Part shown: piece after piece, positions 22,495 to 36,738 of the stretch
Layout: each line of letters starts with the position of its first letter
Position numbering within the stretch: the first letter of the stretch is position 1
DNA from: Eledone cirrhosa
Taxonomy: Eukaryota
DNA length: 64,000 bases
Direction of reading: 5' to 3'
Assembly: GCA_964016885.1 (NCBI GenBank)
Contig: OZ024751.1
Location: forward strand, 15,438,001-15,502,000
Translations under genes and position numbers: made by a program
Notes under the pieces: model-generated
Database searches by the model: none
Seen by the model: only the letters and a program-made list of their open reading frames with translations
What the model was told of the DNA's origin: nothing

Positions 22495-22559
22495 TATTTT
22501 ATCTGATGAAAGTGCACCAAGATTGCCTTGGTTACCCTTGAAATATATATAATAAAATA
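22495..22559 (+). ncRNA. Minimal type I hammerhead ribozyme in the Penelope 3' region
   Basis: tattttat-CTGATGA-aag...ctt-GAAA-tatatata-ataaaata. Stem I and stem II pair, and stem III is palindromic. Confidence 0.65.
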
Positions 22560-22595
22560 ATTATGGTTTTATAAATAGTTTCCATTTATTAATAT

Positions 22596-22642
<47 letters not shown>

Positions 22643-22644
<2 letters not shown>

Positions 22645-23336
22645 AGGTACATGGCTTAGTGGTTAGAGCATTGGCCTTGCAATCAAAAGGTTGTGAGTTC
22701 AATTCCCAGACCGAGTGATGTGTTGTTTCCTTGAGCAAGACATTTTATTTCACATTGCTCCAGTTTACTCAGCTGTAGAAATGAGATGATAGGGACTGGG
22801 GTCCCTATCATTCCACTGCAAAGTGGTGGTGGAGGTGCCACGGTAAAAAAGCACCCAGCACTCACTGTAAATGAGGTTGGTGTTAGGAAGGGCATCCAGC
22901 TGTAGAAATCAAGCCAGAATCAGTTCCCGTCCCATCCTTGCAAGCAGGGAAAAGCGGACGTAAAATGAAATGATGATGATGATGATATATATAGAGGCAC
23001 ATGGCTTAGTGGTTAGAGCATTGGCCTTGCAATCGAAAGGTTGTGAGTTCAATTCTCAGACCGGGTGATGTGTTGTTTCCTTGAGCAAGACACTTTATTT
23101 CACATTGCTCCAGTTTACTCAGCTGTAGAAATGAGATGATACGGACTGGGGTCCCTATCATTCCACTGCAAAGTGGTCATGGAGCTGCCACGACAAAAAA
23201 AAAGAAGCACCCAGCACTCACTGTAAATGAGGTTGGTGTTAGGAAGGGCATCCAGCTGTAGAAATCACGCCAGAATCAGTCCCGTCCCACCCTTGCAAGC
23301 AGGGAAAAGCGGATGTAAAAATGATGATGATGATGA
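22643..23336 (+). mobile_element. Two tandem tRNA-derived SINEs with RTE-derived tail (22643-22986 and 22993-23336)
   Basis: A box TGGCTTAGTGG, B box GAGTTCAATTC, central cagctgtagaaatgag, tail ggacgtaaaa(tga)n. Confidence 0.9.
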
Positions 23337-24294
23337 TATATAAAACATTAATTGAAAAGGTTTGAGTGTATATGAATATTCATAAAATGTGAGTATTCTC
23401 AGTGTGAAAGGTAGCCATAACAGCTAAAAAATTTTTTTTGGGGGGTGGTTTAAGATATAACCACAATATGAACGGAAAGTGGGAGAGAGTGAGAGAAAGA
23501 GTCAAAGTATGAGATGAAAAATGAGAGGGTTAGAGAGCGAGAGAGAGAAGTGAAGAGAGGAGAAAACTAGTATGTAAAGCAGATGGTTCCTCTATTTCTT
23601 TGTTTTTAATTCTCTGTTTTTAATTCATGCATCCATTTATGTATTTTTTTTCCCCGATGTGGGGTATCCAACTGGCTCATTTCAGCCTCATATATATATC
23701 ACGAATAAAATTATAGTTCATTGTTTCTGAGGAAGACGGTGTGATGGATCAGGCATTTCGAGACTAGAAATAGGAAGTGATATAACCACTATCTGCTAGT
23801 TAATATATCGATCTACCCTGATCAATCGACCCTCTGAAACGATTGTAAAACAATAAACTAATTGAGAACCTATCTTTGACTTTTATTTTATTTTCATTGT
23901 TCAATACATACATACTTATATATAAATGAATCTGCAGTTTGAGTAGAATCTTTGAGGGAACCTTATATGATGAGAGCCTACTATAAAAACTATAGCACTC
24001 ATCGCCTAATCTCTTTGAAACCATCTCTTCAAAGCTGCATTGAGTTCTAACAATGTTATCGGCACACCATAAACAGGTGGATACCAGTATATACATTTAT
24101 ATGGCATTCGGAAGGGCATCCAGCTGTAGAAACCAAGCCAAAATCAGTTCTGTATGAGCAAGACATGGTCACCTGACCTAGCATTGTCCACAACAGGACA
24201 ACTCGTCTAACCCATGTTAGCATGGAAGAATGGACGTAAAACGGTGATGATGATTATATATATATGGAGAGAGAGAGAGAGAAGTGAGCTAGCA

Positions 24295-27200
24295 GCCGAT
24301 GTGTAGGCTAAAGTTATATCTGCATAAATACAGTGTGTGTAATCGAGACAGACACCAAAAAATACAGAAAATGCAGAAATTGAAACAATTGACACAACTA
24401 CACACGAAAAAACCGAAAAAAACAACATTTGCACAGACTGTGATAAACAAAACAGTACAAACACATCGACATAAGCAACTCCAAACAAATGTTGACTGAT
24501 GGAAAACAATTCATAACCTTTGAAGAAAAGGGTGGGTTTCATATAAACTCACCCTTGGAAATTAAACGAGAAACAGTTCGAAGGACAGTAACCTTCAGAA
24601 CTGATTCAAATCAAACGAAAAAACTGGTATTCCTCAGTCAAGGGGAAATTGAAACCACCCTGAAAGAGGCTCTGCCGGACATTGATTTATGCAGAGGGCC
24701 AGACTATATGGAAGTATTTCGGTACTTTTTAAAAGCGAGGCCCCCGCACAAAAGCATTCTGTTACACCAGTCATCACAAAAACACACCTTTTTCCCTACT
24801 TACATGGAGCCAGAAAGTGATACAATTCTTTCGAAGGTGGGCAGACAAAGGTGGGCAGGGACAGATTTGGAGATTCTGATACAAATGAAACCAGAAAGAA
24901 TTTCCAAAATCCCCGAAAGAGTGCTGGTTGACAACCAAAACTACATTAACATAACTGAGGGCAGAAAGCCACACTGTTTTCGATGTGCAAGCACATCACA
25001 CCTAAAAGCCTCCTGCCCTTTACAAACATCTTTAAAAGAAAGTACTTTTGCCAACACTAACACCAAAACAATCACCATCACCTCCACAACAACAACAACA
25101 ACAACACACAAAACAAGCAAACACACCCAAACAAATAACCTCTCAACCACAAACAACAGAAAAAACACAGACATCACCCCTGAAGAACACAGCCCCACCC
25201 CACCCCACTCAATCCAACACTACCACAAACACACACACCAAAACACCATCACCACACAACATGCCCTTACCCCTACCCCACACTCCTGATGATTATTCAT
25301 CAACAGATGTGGCTGCTTCTCCTTTAAGTGAAGAAGAGCTCCGGAAATCCAAAAAACAAAAAAAGAGACACCACAAAACCCCCAAAACTCCAATCACCAA
25401 CACCAACACACAACCACAGACACAAACAACACCACAACCAAACCTCCCCCTACCAACCAAACAAACACCAACACCACCCCAAACAAAAAAGAAAACTCAG
25501 AGACGAACAACAAACTAAAACAACACTACAAAAACAACAATATACATACATCAACACCAACAACAAAAATTTGATGATGGTCATCTCACAGGACCCCAAA
25601 GTGGAAACTGAGGGGAAAACTTTTGTAAAAGATTCTCAACCACACCTAAAACTAATAAGGGTTTCGATAGAAACCTATCACAAATTGAAAGAACAGTTTT
25701 CGCAGGATGTTGGCAACCCCTGTCAAAAACCTATTAAAATGTTTCCCCACCCCACCCATCACCCCCACCAGAACTGAAATGGAGATTGAACAACCCGATT
25801 TCCAGGAAACGAAAAGGTAAGTGCAACTTTTCGTCCTTTTCGGCAACTCTTCTCCACCAATATGGCTGACTTATGAGTTGTGCGTGGCCTCGGGATGCCC
25901 TGGAAACAGGGCCAACTTTTATACGACCTTAGTCACACGGTATAGATGTAATAGCCATCACCGAATCCAGGATCCACAACAGGCAGCAACTAACTCCCAT
26001 CTTCAGATCTACGCATCTCTCTGTCACCCGGGAGGTGGAGGGTGAGTGACTGTCATGTTTCGGAAAAACCTGGATCTCGAAGTACAGCAAGTATACTTGG
26101 ACCCGGAGAGTAGACTGGTGGTCCTAGATGTGAACAGTATTGGAGGTGGAGCCTTCAGACTGGTGGCCGTTTATGTCCCGACTGGGCAATCACAATCGCG
26201 GCCATACTTTTTTAAGCCTCTAGAGTCTTTTCTGGAAACGTCTCGCTCCTTGCTTTTAGTGGGGGACTGGAATGGTATCCTAGATGCACAATGGGACAAT
26301 GTAGAATCATGTACCAGTAGAGGGGGGTGCAACAGCCTCAAGACTTTAATCGGCCAATTCCAACTGGCCGATAGGTATCGACTGGATTTGCCGACTGTAC
26401 CACAGTGGACGTGGGCAAACCGCAGCGGGACATCTAGATCGTATTTAGATAGGTTCTTCATTAGAGAAAGGGGCAAGGAGATGTTAAGCTGTCCACGAAT
26501 GCACATGGTTGCCTGTTCAGATCACAAATTAGTCGTCTGCATAGTCAACCGTGATAGAACACATAGACAGGGACCCGAATACTGGAAGCTGAACGTGTCG
26601 TTGCCGGCACGTAAAGCTTACAGTGAACGGATAAGTAGACCAGTCAAGCAACAGTTAACGGGAGCCATCGTCAACAATAGATGGTGGTACTCTCTCAATA
26701 AAACAATTAGAGTAGAATCGATAGGGTTTAGCAGAGTGTTAGCCTTAGAGAAAAACAAAATAGAAAGAGAACAAGTAGCCAAGGTAGAGGAGGCACTTAG
26801 AAGTGGCAACGCGGCTAGAGTGTTAGCGTCAAGAACGGCACTGGACCAGTTCTTCGACGCGAAACACGAAGGCTGCGTGGTCAGAAGCAAAACCATCACG
26901 CACGCACACACACATCTCCAGGTATTCCTCACCGACCCCCAACCGGTGTGGGCACCGTTTGTGGACAAGTTTTCCCGCAGCTCGTCTCGCTGACGGAGCT
27001 GCAGTCCTGGGTCAAGAAAAGACCGAAGAAGATGGGCGCCTGGCACATTGAATGCGCTCAGGCGCTCAGAGTCCTCTGTCAAGCGTGCACTGCAATCAGT
27101 GGAGACTCCACTTCGACATTCTATAGAGGGTTAGTACGTCACAAGGGCGACGACGTGCTCGGAGAGACTCTAGGCGTCGAAGACGACGAACTCATCAGTC

Positions 27201-27925
27201 TGTTTGGTAGGACTTATCGCCCGGGACCCATGGACAACTTCCAGAAGTCCCTGGCCTGGCAGTGCTACCGAGGAGATCTACTAGTTCGTGACAAGATCTA
27301 CAGGCACGGACGCCCCGGCAGGGATCCTTCCAAGCGGATGTGTCCAAGATGCGCGCAGGACATTGAAACCGCCCTGCACGCAATTGTACATTGCCCGGGC
27401 GTAACCGACCTGTGGAACTACGCGGAACAACAGTTGACTGCCGAGTCCATAGTAAGGATCAAACCGCCAACTTCTTTTAAAAACGAAAGAGAGACGGTTT
27501 TCCCCTGTACAGTGGCTATGGTGAAAGAAGTTATATGGTGGACGAGATTGAGAAGACTGAGGACAGATGCCTTTCTCTCCGGACAACAATTGATTCCCTT
27601 CTTTAAGTATCACTTTAGAAGGGGAGTCAGTAAATTTACTGAAAGGTGGGTGAATGAAGCGAAAATGGCCCGAGTGATTGGACCTTCTCTGTTTATAAGC
27701 CTGTAGGTTAAAGAAGAGAGCAAAAGGAAGAAGGGAGCACTTGCACAACACGCTCCTCAAGTTGAGGGTTCTATCGACGGGGTATTAAACAACCCATTTG
27801 TGGCGCCTCCCCCCTATTGGGGATTTCGACTGTTATAATTGTTTGTTTTATATTTTTTACACGATTGTATGTAAAATCCCCGGCATGTGTCTTTGTATTG
27901 CCCCCTTTTCTTGTGCGAATAAAGA
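24295..27925 (+). mobile_element. Tx1/L1-clade LINE with the RT domain deleted
   Basis: ORF1 has a CCHC knuckle (CFRCASTSHLKASC). ORF2 APE motifs (GDWN, SYLDRF, SDHKLV, YWKLN) jump at about 26890 to the C-terminal CPRC...HAIVHC finger. AATAAA at 27918. Confidence 0.85.
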
Positions 27926-27965
27926 AATATATCTATATACACACACATATATGTACATATATACA

Positions 27966-28284
27966 CATCATTTTACGTCCGCTTTTCCCTGCTTGCAGGG
28001 AACTGATTCTGGCTTGATTTCTACAGCTGGATGCCCTTCCTAACACCAACCCCATTTACAGTGAGTGCTGGGTGCTTTTTTCTGTGGCGCCTACACATCC
28101 ACTTTACAGTGTGGGCTGGGTGCTTTTTTGTCGTGGCACCTCCACGACCACTTTGCAGTGGAAAACTGGAGCAACGTGAAATAAAGTGTCTTGCTCAATG
28201 AAACAACACACCACCCGGTCTGAGAATTGAACTCACAACCTTTCGATTGCAAGGCCAATGCTCTAACCACTAAGCCACGCGCCT
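27966..28284 (-). mobile_element. tRNA-derived SINE (same family as 22643)
   Basis: Reverse-complement match to the SINE head and tail. Confidence 0.9.
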
Positions 28285-28464
28285 TCATTATATATATAGT
28301 ATAAATTATACTAAATAACCTCGGATATTCTGACCACATGTCCTTAGTATCGGAGCTGTGATCTCTCAATTCGGAGAAGTAGCAGCTCTACCTGGCTCTA
28401 TTGATTTGTGCTATTCCAAAGAGCCTTTGGAGGAACCCCTTTCGGTCATTAATCAAGATACATG

Positions 28465-28860
28465 ACCTTAGGTAAGGGTTGGCATGAATACCGAATTGAA
28501 GATAGCAAGTTTGGCTTTTACACCTACCTCCCTTCTGATGACCGAATACTGAAGCTGACACATGACAGCAGCAGCTGCAATTCTTGCACTTAATTCAGCC
28601 TCCTGCCTTCCATCACTCGTGAAAACTGCCCTAAGATACTTAAACTTCTGCACTCTACTCACATGTAGGGAACTGCGCATGCTTCCTTGAAAGAATGAGT
28701 CTCAATCTTCGCAGCACTGATTTTCATTTGTGCCGTGTAACACTTGACAACAAATCTATCAGGTGCATGTCAGAGATCAACTTCAGACCAATTAAGTAGT
28801 ATCATGTCTGCAAATTCCAGCCGACTGATTTTACTTCCACCAGTCCTGTTACTACCAGTT
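28465..28860 (-). mobile_element. Old RTE-like RT C-terminal fragment
   Basis: FKYLRAVFTSDG...ELSARIAAA...KAKLAIFNSVFMPTLT. Confidence 0.6.
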
Positions 28861-29574
28861 CCAACCTCTCCTATTCGTAATAATCGTGAACAGGACTGAC
28901 ATGCCCAGCCGGGCTGGAAGTGGTGGTCAGTTTTAAGATCACTGATCAAATTATTTGTAACATTGAAATTAAAAAAAAAAAAATCATTAAAGCCTAGTTA
29001 TTTCCCTTGAAAAGCATTTTTGTTTTGTCGTAAGTTACCTCCCTTAGAACTTTTTTTTTTTTTTACAAATTTGGTTACATCTCGAATAAATATTTTATTT
29101 TTTGCCTTTTAAACAAGGCATTGGAATTTTAACAATAAAAAAAATAATACTTTGTTTTATTTAACTTATTCATTGAAATTAATATTTCAAAATTATACAA
29201 ATGAGGCTATTTTCCATCTCATTGTTTTCCTCCGTATAACTTGAACTCTTTCAAGTCTAAAGTAAACTCATTCATTCGTCTTAATTTCTCTTTCTTTATA
29301 ATCCCTTAAACTAAGTGGCTTAACGCCTTGTTTGGGACTTTATAATTAGAAAATAGTGAAATCTTCGTTTAAATATTTTCCATATCGGCTGGTTTATCAA
29401 GAGTAAAAACTAACAATATTGTGTTTAAATGTATTATTGTACAGTGTTGCGAGGGTGATTGATATAACTTCAACTGGCTCTCATTAAGAAAACCATTATA
29501 CCAATCGATTGGAGCAAAACAGATACAGCACGATTTGAATATTCATAAATGTATGAATGTATGTACTTACGTAT

Positions 29575-29738
<164 letters not shown>

Positions 29739-30299
29739 ACTTGTATATTTTCAGCAACCGATAAATATGTCTATATATTTTCTACTATATTACACACACA
29801 CACACACATTTATTTATCATATATTTTTCTTCTTTGTATAGTAAAATACAAACGCACACACACACACACACACACAAGCTCACACAGACGCTACAGTACA
29901 CATGCATCTCCATACGCATCTACTCTCAATTTGTGTTATCATACACACTAACATGATGCCAGTCTTCCATATATCGTCAGATATATGAGAATAATTAATA
30001 GTATTAATAACATATCATTTACAGAGAACGATGAAGAAACAGTATTTATAATTGTCAAGTACATAATTCCTCTGCGTATGGGGCAGGAGAGATCACATCA
30101 TCATCATCATCATGGCCAAAGTTAAACTCTTCAGATTGTGAATTCAATTAAAGTCATGTATGAAAATGCTTCTGTACTTATAATGACACCCGAAGGAAAC
30201 TCAGATCTATTCTCCATTGATACCTGTGTCCTCCCATGAGATTTTTAGTGCTCTTTCCTTTTTGTGATACTAGAATCTTTTTCAACATGCTGATGTATA

Positions 30300-30359
30300 C
30301 CGTATTTCCGGGAACCGAAGACGCTTCGTCCTCGAGAACGCACCCTAATTTTGACAACC

Positions 30360-30390
<31 letters not shown>

Positions 30391-30474
30391 CAACCTTTGG
30401 CCTCCAGGACGCATGGTAGATTTTTGAGATTTATTTTAGGAAGAAAGTAGCGTCTTCGATGCCGGGAAATACGG
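30300..30474. mobile_element. Tc1/mariner-pogo-type MITE with TA TSD
   Basis: TIRs CCGTATTTCC.GG..CGAAGACGCT and AGCGTCTTCG..CCGGGAAATACGG, flanked by TA. Confidence 0.85.
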
Positions 30475-31014
30475 TAAGTGTATATGTGTGTATGTGCATA
30501 TGCATACATTTATATGTATGAGGATATAAATATAAATGTGCAAATACTTACAAAAATACACACTCACAGACATACATTCACACACATACATACATTCTCA
30601 TATACACATACACAGTGTAACAAATGGAATGCCAACTGCTGCTTTGCTATAGATTTTTTACCATCTCCTTCCTTCCTTTTACATACACATACATTCACAC
30701 AAACACACATTGTGTGATGGGCGGAAGTTAATTAAATTTATATATAGATGCCTTATATATATAATCACTACGTAATGCCATTGCACAATCTGACGGAATA
30801 ACGCTGAAAAGTTGGCAAGGAACTGACAGTCTTTTAACATACTGCTTATACCATCTATACATACATTCATACAAACATGCATACATATATACATATATAC
30901 ATACATACATACACACACACACATACACTCACACATATATACACATAGATACACACTCACATATACATACATACACGCAGACACGCACACACGCACGCAC
31001 ATAGATACATACAT

Positions 31015-31057
<43 letters not shown>

Positions 31058-31184
31058 ACTCATGCGTTTACAGATGAAGAAAAAAGTACTCAATACATAA
31101 AGTAGGGTGTATACATTTCATTAGAAGTGTAATGCTTCATGAATCATTCCAATGATTGTCAGAGTAAAGATTCTAGAAACTTAA

Positions 31185-31400
31185 CCCTTTAATGTTCAAA
31201 CCGACCAAAACTGGCCAGAATTCTCTACCTCTTTCTGTTGAAACTGGCTGTAACTGGTCGCTCAAACTGATGTTAAGGTATTGTTTTCAAAATAAATACT
31301 TTCAAAATCTCATAGATTCGATATGTGAAATATTATGTGAGGTAAATCCTTTACTGTGAAAATACAATAGTAAATATAAAATAATGTGAATGCTAAAGGG
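31185..31400. mobile_element. piggyBac-type MITE with TTAA TSD
   Basis: TTAA-CCCTTTAATGTTCA...TGAATGCTAAAGGG-TTAA. Confidence 0.75.
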
Positions 31401-31799
31401 TTAAACATTATTGTTACAAGCACATGTACACCCTTTGGAAATATAGTTGCCACAAAGTAGATAACTATAATTGTTTCTACTTTTGGCACAAGGCCAGCAA
31501 TTATCCCAGTACATTACTGGTACTTTATTTTATCGACCCCGTAAGGATGAACGGCGAAGTTAACCTAATAATAGTTGACTAAATTGAGAGAAGTACTTCC
31601 GTAATTCGACAAGATTTCATCAGATTTGCAAATTGCTTGGACCAAATAGGTTTGGTTTCGTTCTGGTACTGGGTCAGTAGCATACCTTTTAGAGATCCAG
31701 AGCCAGACACAAAACCCAGGCACACATTTCAATGTGACCTGTGTGACGAGCAGTCAGGTATGAACGTCTTGGATTTTGACTTGTTATTGGGCTTTCGTT

Positions 31800-32648
31800 A
31801 GTTGAGTAACTCAAGTTATGTACGCCATCACTACAAATTTGGGCAGTGGTCCACTAAGTGAACCTTTCAGTAGCTGAGTAACTCACGTGTACGCCATCAC
31901 TACAAATTTGGGCAGTGGTCCACTAAGTGAACCTTTCAGTAGCTGAGTAACTCACGTGTACGCCATCACTACAAATTTGGGCAGTGGTCCACTAAGTGAA
32001 CCTTTCAGTAGCTAAGTAACTCAAGTTGTGTACGCCATCACTACAAATTTGGGCAGTGGTCCACTAAGTGAACCTTTCAGTAGCTAAGTAACTTACGTTG
32101 TGTACGCCATCACTACAAATTTGGGCAGTGGTCCACTAAGTGAACCTTTCAGTAGCTGAGTAACTCAAGTTGTGTACGCCATCACTACAAATTTGGGCAG
32201 TGGTCCACTAAGTGAACCTTTCAGTAGCTGAGTAACTCAAGTTGTGTACGCCATCACTACAAATTTGGGCAGTGGTCCACTAAGTGAACCTTTCAGTAGC
32301 TAAGTAACTCACGTGTATGCCATCACTACAAATTTGGGCAGTGGTCCACTAAGTGAACCTTTCAGTAGCTAAGTAACTTACGTTGTGTACGCTATCACTA
32401 CAAATTTGGGCAGTGGTCCACTAAGTGAACCTTTCAGTAGCTGAGTAACTCAAGTTGTGTACGCCATCACTACAAATTTGGGCAGTGGTCCACTAAGTGA
32501 ACTTTTCAGTAGCTAAGTAACTTACGTTGTGTACGCCATCACTACAAATTTGGGCAGTGGTCCAATAAGTGAACCTTTCAGTAGCTAAGTAACTTACGTT
32601 GTGTACGCTATCACTACAAATACAAGCAGTTGTTCACTAAGTGAACTT
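31800..32648. repeat. Minisatellite, 69/72-bp unit, about 12 copies
   Basis: Unit agctgagtaactcaagttgtgtacgccatcactacaaatttgggcagtggtccactaagtgaacctttcagt. Confidence 0.95.
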
Positions 32649-33182
32649 GTTGATCTTCACCATTGACAATTGTTATAGTTCTGTTCAACATCGTGTTTAT
32701 CACCCACCATTGACTTCTAAGAATTCCTCTGTTGAATGACGCATCCACCATGCTGCTTCCCCCCATAGCTTCATTTCTATTTCTATAAGTGTTAAACTAA
32801 TAACAGTAACTTTTATCTTTTTTTCTGTTGCTATTTCATTGGTGTTACTTTACATACGCACATACATTCAACCAGCTAAATGCATTTACAAACTAGAAGT
32901 GTTTACAAACTAGATAAAGATTACTCAATGAAATTAATAGCTGCAACTTGTAACGTTTCAAATTCCAAAGAAAAAAAACTACACACGCATACACAAATAA
33001 ACATATATGTACATAGACACACACATATATATGTGTGTGTGTGTGTGTAATATATATATATATAATGAACGTAAACATCACCCCTCCATATGTATATACA
33101 TACACAGACCCATGCTAGCGTGGAAGATGGACGTTAAACGATGATGATGATGATGATGACACTCACACATATATATATATAC

Positions 33183-33257
<75 letters not shown>

Positions 33258-33843
33258 GCACACATATATATATGATCAAAAGAACGAAACATCATAACAA
33301 TAATTCTTTATTTTCTAAAAACAAGTCAAATAATTAAATTATCAAAACAGAAATGAAGGTTTATTGCCGTAATTGAATTTCTGTGATCATAGGATTTATA
33401 ATTTTTCAAAATATTAATAAAAAAAAAATGTCTTTTGTTTCTATTTTATACATTTTGATTTTTACTTTGAAATTTCAAAATTTCTCTGAGCTAACCTCTT
33501 TTTCATTAAGTTTCCTTATTTATTATTTTTGAAATGTAATTAATATATTATTTTTGATGAAATTAATATATTATTTGTTTGATATTAAGGTTTTTTTCCC
33601 TTCTGTGTAATTAAATAATGAAAAATCTTTATCTAATTTGAGATTGATAGATTTGATGAAGAGAAATAAATATTTGTCAATTTCCTGGAATGGAAAAGAT
33701 TCTTTGCCTTCTAGTCTCTAAGCTTTATTACTTCAGGAAGACTCACTCACTTACACTCATAAACATACACATACACACACACTCTCACATATACACACAC
33801 ATACATATTTCCGCATACATATATACACACACGCAGACATATA

Positions 33844-33881
<38 letters not shown>

Positions 33882-34596
33882 TAAACACACACTTACACGT
33901 ATACACACATACACACTCCCATATACATACACACACATACATACATACATACATACATACATACATACATACATACACACACACACAAGCACACACACAC
34001 CCGCCCCTCCACACAGAGAAAATAAAGGAATAGAGAAAATGAGATATTTCATTTAATTAGCTAACATTTATCAGAAATTAGCAAGAAATTATCACCAATT
34101 CCAGGTAAATTATAAATTATAGTTTTTTAAACACGTGACATTTGAGATGATTGGAGGAGTCTGATAGCTAATAACGGAGTTCTTCGCTTTAGCACCTTGT
34201 CTGACCTAAATGTCAGGTGAGGCTTGTACATTCTCTTGGCTGTTGCAGCATCTCAGCCTCACAATCGTTTGTGGTGAGACTTCTAGTGTCTTGGATAAAG
34301 TGAAAAAAGGCAAAATGCCCCCCCCCCCCCCAAAAAAAAACAACAACAAAAAAAAACAAAAAAAAAACATAAAAGAGCAGGAAGACCAAATAGAAAAAAA
34401 ACCCTTATCTTTGTATCTAACCCTCTACCCTTTCGCTAAGCATGCTCTGAGATAACTTTTAACCCTTTTGATACCAAACTATCTGAAATCGTCTCTAGTT
34501 CTTCAATAGAAAAATCTTGTTTTAAAGTGTTTATATTTCTCTAAAATCCTTCCAGCATACTTTATAGAAGAATCTTTGTTAAGTTTAAGTTTTGTA

Positions 34597-35007
34597 TATC
34601 ATAACTGTTTAACGTCCATTTTTCCATGCTAGTATAGGTTAGTCGAGTTGTCCTGTTGTGAGCAATGCCAGATCGGGTGACCATGTCTTCCTCATACAGA
34701 ATTGATTTTGGCTTGGTTTCTACAGTTGGATATCCTTCCTAACACCAACCTCATTTACAGTGAGTACTGGATACTTTTTGTCGTGACACCTACATGACAA
34801 CTTTACAGTGTGGGCTGGATGCTTTTTGTCGTGGCACCTACATGACCACTTTACAGTGTAGGCTGAGTACTTTTTGTTGTGACACCTACATGACCATTTT
34901 ACAGTGTGGGCTGGGTGCTTTTGCCGTGTCACCATCATGACCACTCTATAGTGTGGGATGGTTGCTTTTTGTCGTGTCACCATCACGACCACTTTACAGT
35001 GTGGGCT

Positions 35008-35010
<3 letters not shown>
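34597..35010 (-). mobile_element. SINE 3' part with about 6 copies of the internal ~48-bp module
   Basis: RTE-type tail plus repeated gtggcacctacatgaccactttacagtgtgggctgg. Confidence 0.8.
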
Positions 35011-35044
<34 letters not shown>

Positions 35045-35234
35045 CATACACATAGATTGTATGTTTTGTTTTGAACTGTTTCAGTTCCACTTTTGTAAAA
35101 AAGGGTAATAACCCTGAAATATCATGTTGAAATATTCTGGGTAAAACATTACTTTGTTCTGTTTTATTCAACATCATTTGCTCTTTGTATTTTTCTACCA
35201 CATTGTACCAGCGTTTTGAAAATCACTGATCTTT

Positions 35235-35272
<38 letters not shown>

Positions 35273-36738
35273 CTGTACGTGGTTGATGGCTGAGAGAAAA
35301 TAATACTCAATACCAAAGTAGAGTTTTATTATTCATTTTATTAAGGCTAAATAGTGAGTCTTGTTACTCCAGAGTTTCACCTGTTTCTCACAGGGTCATC
35401 AGACATATATACCAAGAAAATAGTAATTTTTACCTCAGACACAACGCTAGTAATTTTGTGGGAGAGAAAAGTCATTTCCATTGACACCAGTACATGACTG
35501 GTACTTTATTTTATTGACCCCGAAACGATGAAATACAAAGATAACCTCTGCAAGATTTGAATTCAGAACCTAAAGTACTGGAAAACATACTATTAAATAT
35601 TTGTCCTACACTTTAACTTGTTCACTGCTGCATTTATTTTACCCAGCTATAGTTGATGTGCCAGGTTTTTTTTTCCAGTAAAATGACTAGTTTTTAAAAC
35701 AAACATTTATTAACAACACATATCTGAATGTTTGACAAACATCACACCAATAAACTGGTAACCCCATCTAGCTTTGAAGTTATGAATCGTTGGAAACGAG
35801 TTCATAATTTTGAAGTTATGAACTGTTGGAAACGAGTTCAACAATGTTAGGAGGAGATAACTCGTCCATGGCACTGAAGAGGTTAAAGACTCTGCCAACC
35901 CACCGCCCTTACCAACAAAATAACATTGAATGTAAAAACCTAAAATACAAACTATGTCAGCTTCTACAATATATTTATTAGTTTCTTTCAATAAAGATAA
36001 CATTTTCCTGTTTTGTTAAATGTTTTCTAAAGACCCAAGTCATTTTGTTTCACTCTCTACTATATATTTTTCTAATCTTACAATAACTATGTATGTTATA
36101 AAAATTTCCTGGTGGACACAACTCCACCCCCATGATAAATATATTCTGTCAATATCTGATTTGCATACACTAAATACTGTAATTATCTCCCCTTTTTTCT
36201 ATCTTTCTCTGCAAATTCTCGCTAAATCATTTAATTTTCAATTGTTTACACCAAAAGTCTGCCTCATTAATGAAAACAGTCAGATAATGGTATTTTTTCA
36301 TCTTTTCGTTTTTCTTCTCTTTCTTTCTTTTTCTTCTTTTTCTTACTTTCTTTTTCTTTTTTCTTTCTTTTTCTTCCTCTTCCTTCCTTTTCTTTCTTTC
36401 TTTCTTCTTCCCTTTCTTCTTCTCATCAGTCAGACTATGATATTCTTCTTCTTCTTCTTCTTCTATCACCATTATTATTATTATCATCACCATTATTATT
36501 AGCAGTTAGTATGAATCTAGAGAAGAGAGAATGTTATTGATTTTATAAGTTTGTCCTTGGTTTCAGGTTATCTCCCCCTCCGCCCCCACACCACCACACC
36601 ACACCACCCACTGCCTCCCCTCACCATCTTCTGCTGAGTTTTCCACCTTGATTGATGTCTGTAATATAAAGTAAAGTTAGTATACTGGTATGTAGATCAG
36701 CAGAAACAGTCAATTCTATTGTTTCTCACATTAACTCT

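Larger units (their letters stand above)
18960..22600 (+). mobile_element. Penelope-like Naiad-type element (RT plus GIY-YIG), degenerate, with long AT-rich 3' region
   Basis: KSDKTNN, LKDHK, DIANYY, MGSSDS, YRDD, IWYAPPFS and CNCR....CPL...C...YVG...FKSRFNNH motifs. Interrupted by a SINE-like insert. Confidence 0.9.

Noticed and set aside
22643-22720. tRNA gene
   Set aside because: It is the tRNA-like head of a multicopy SINE, with no complete cloverleaf.
23700-24096. Possible degenerate GIY-YIG fragment
   Set aside because: Too decayed to call with confidence.
31800-32648. CRISPR-like array
   Set aside because: No unique spacers, no cas genes and a eukaryotic context. It is a plain tandem repeat.
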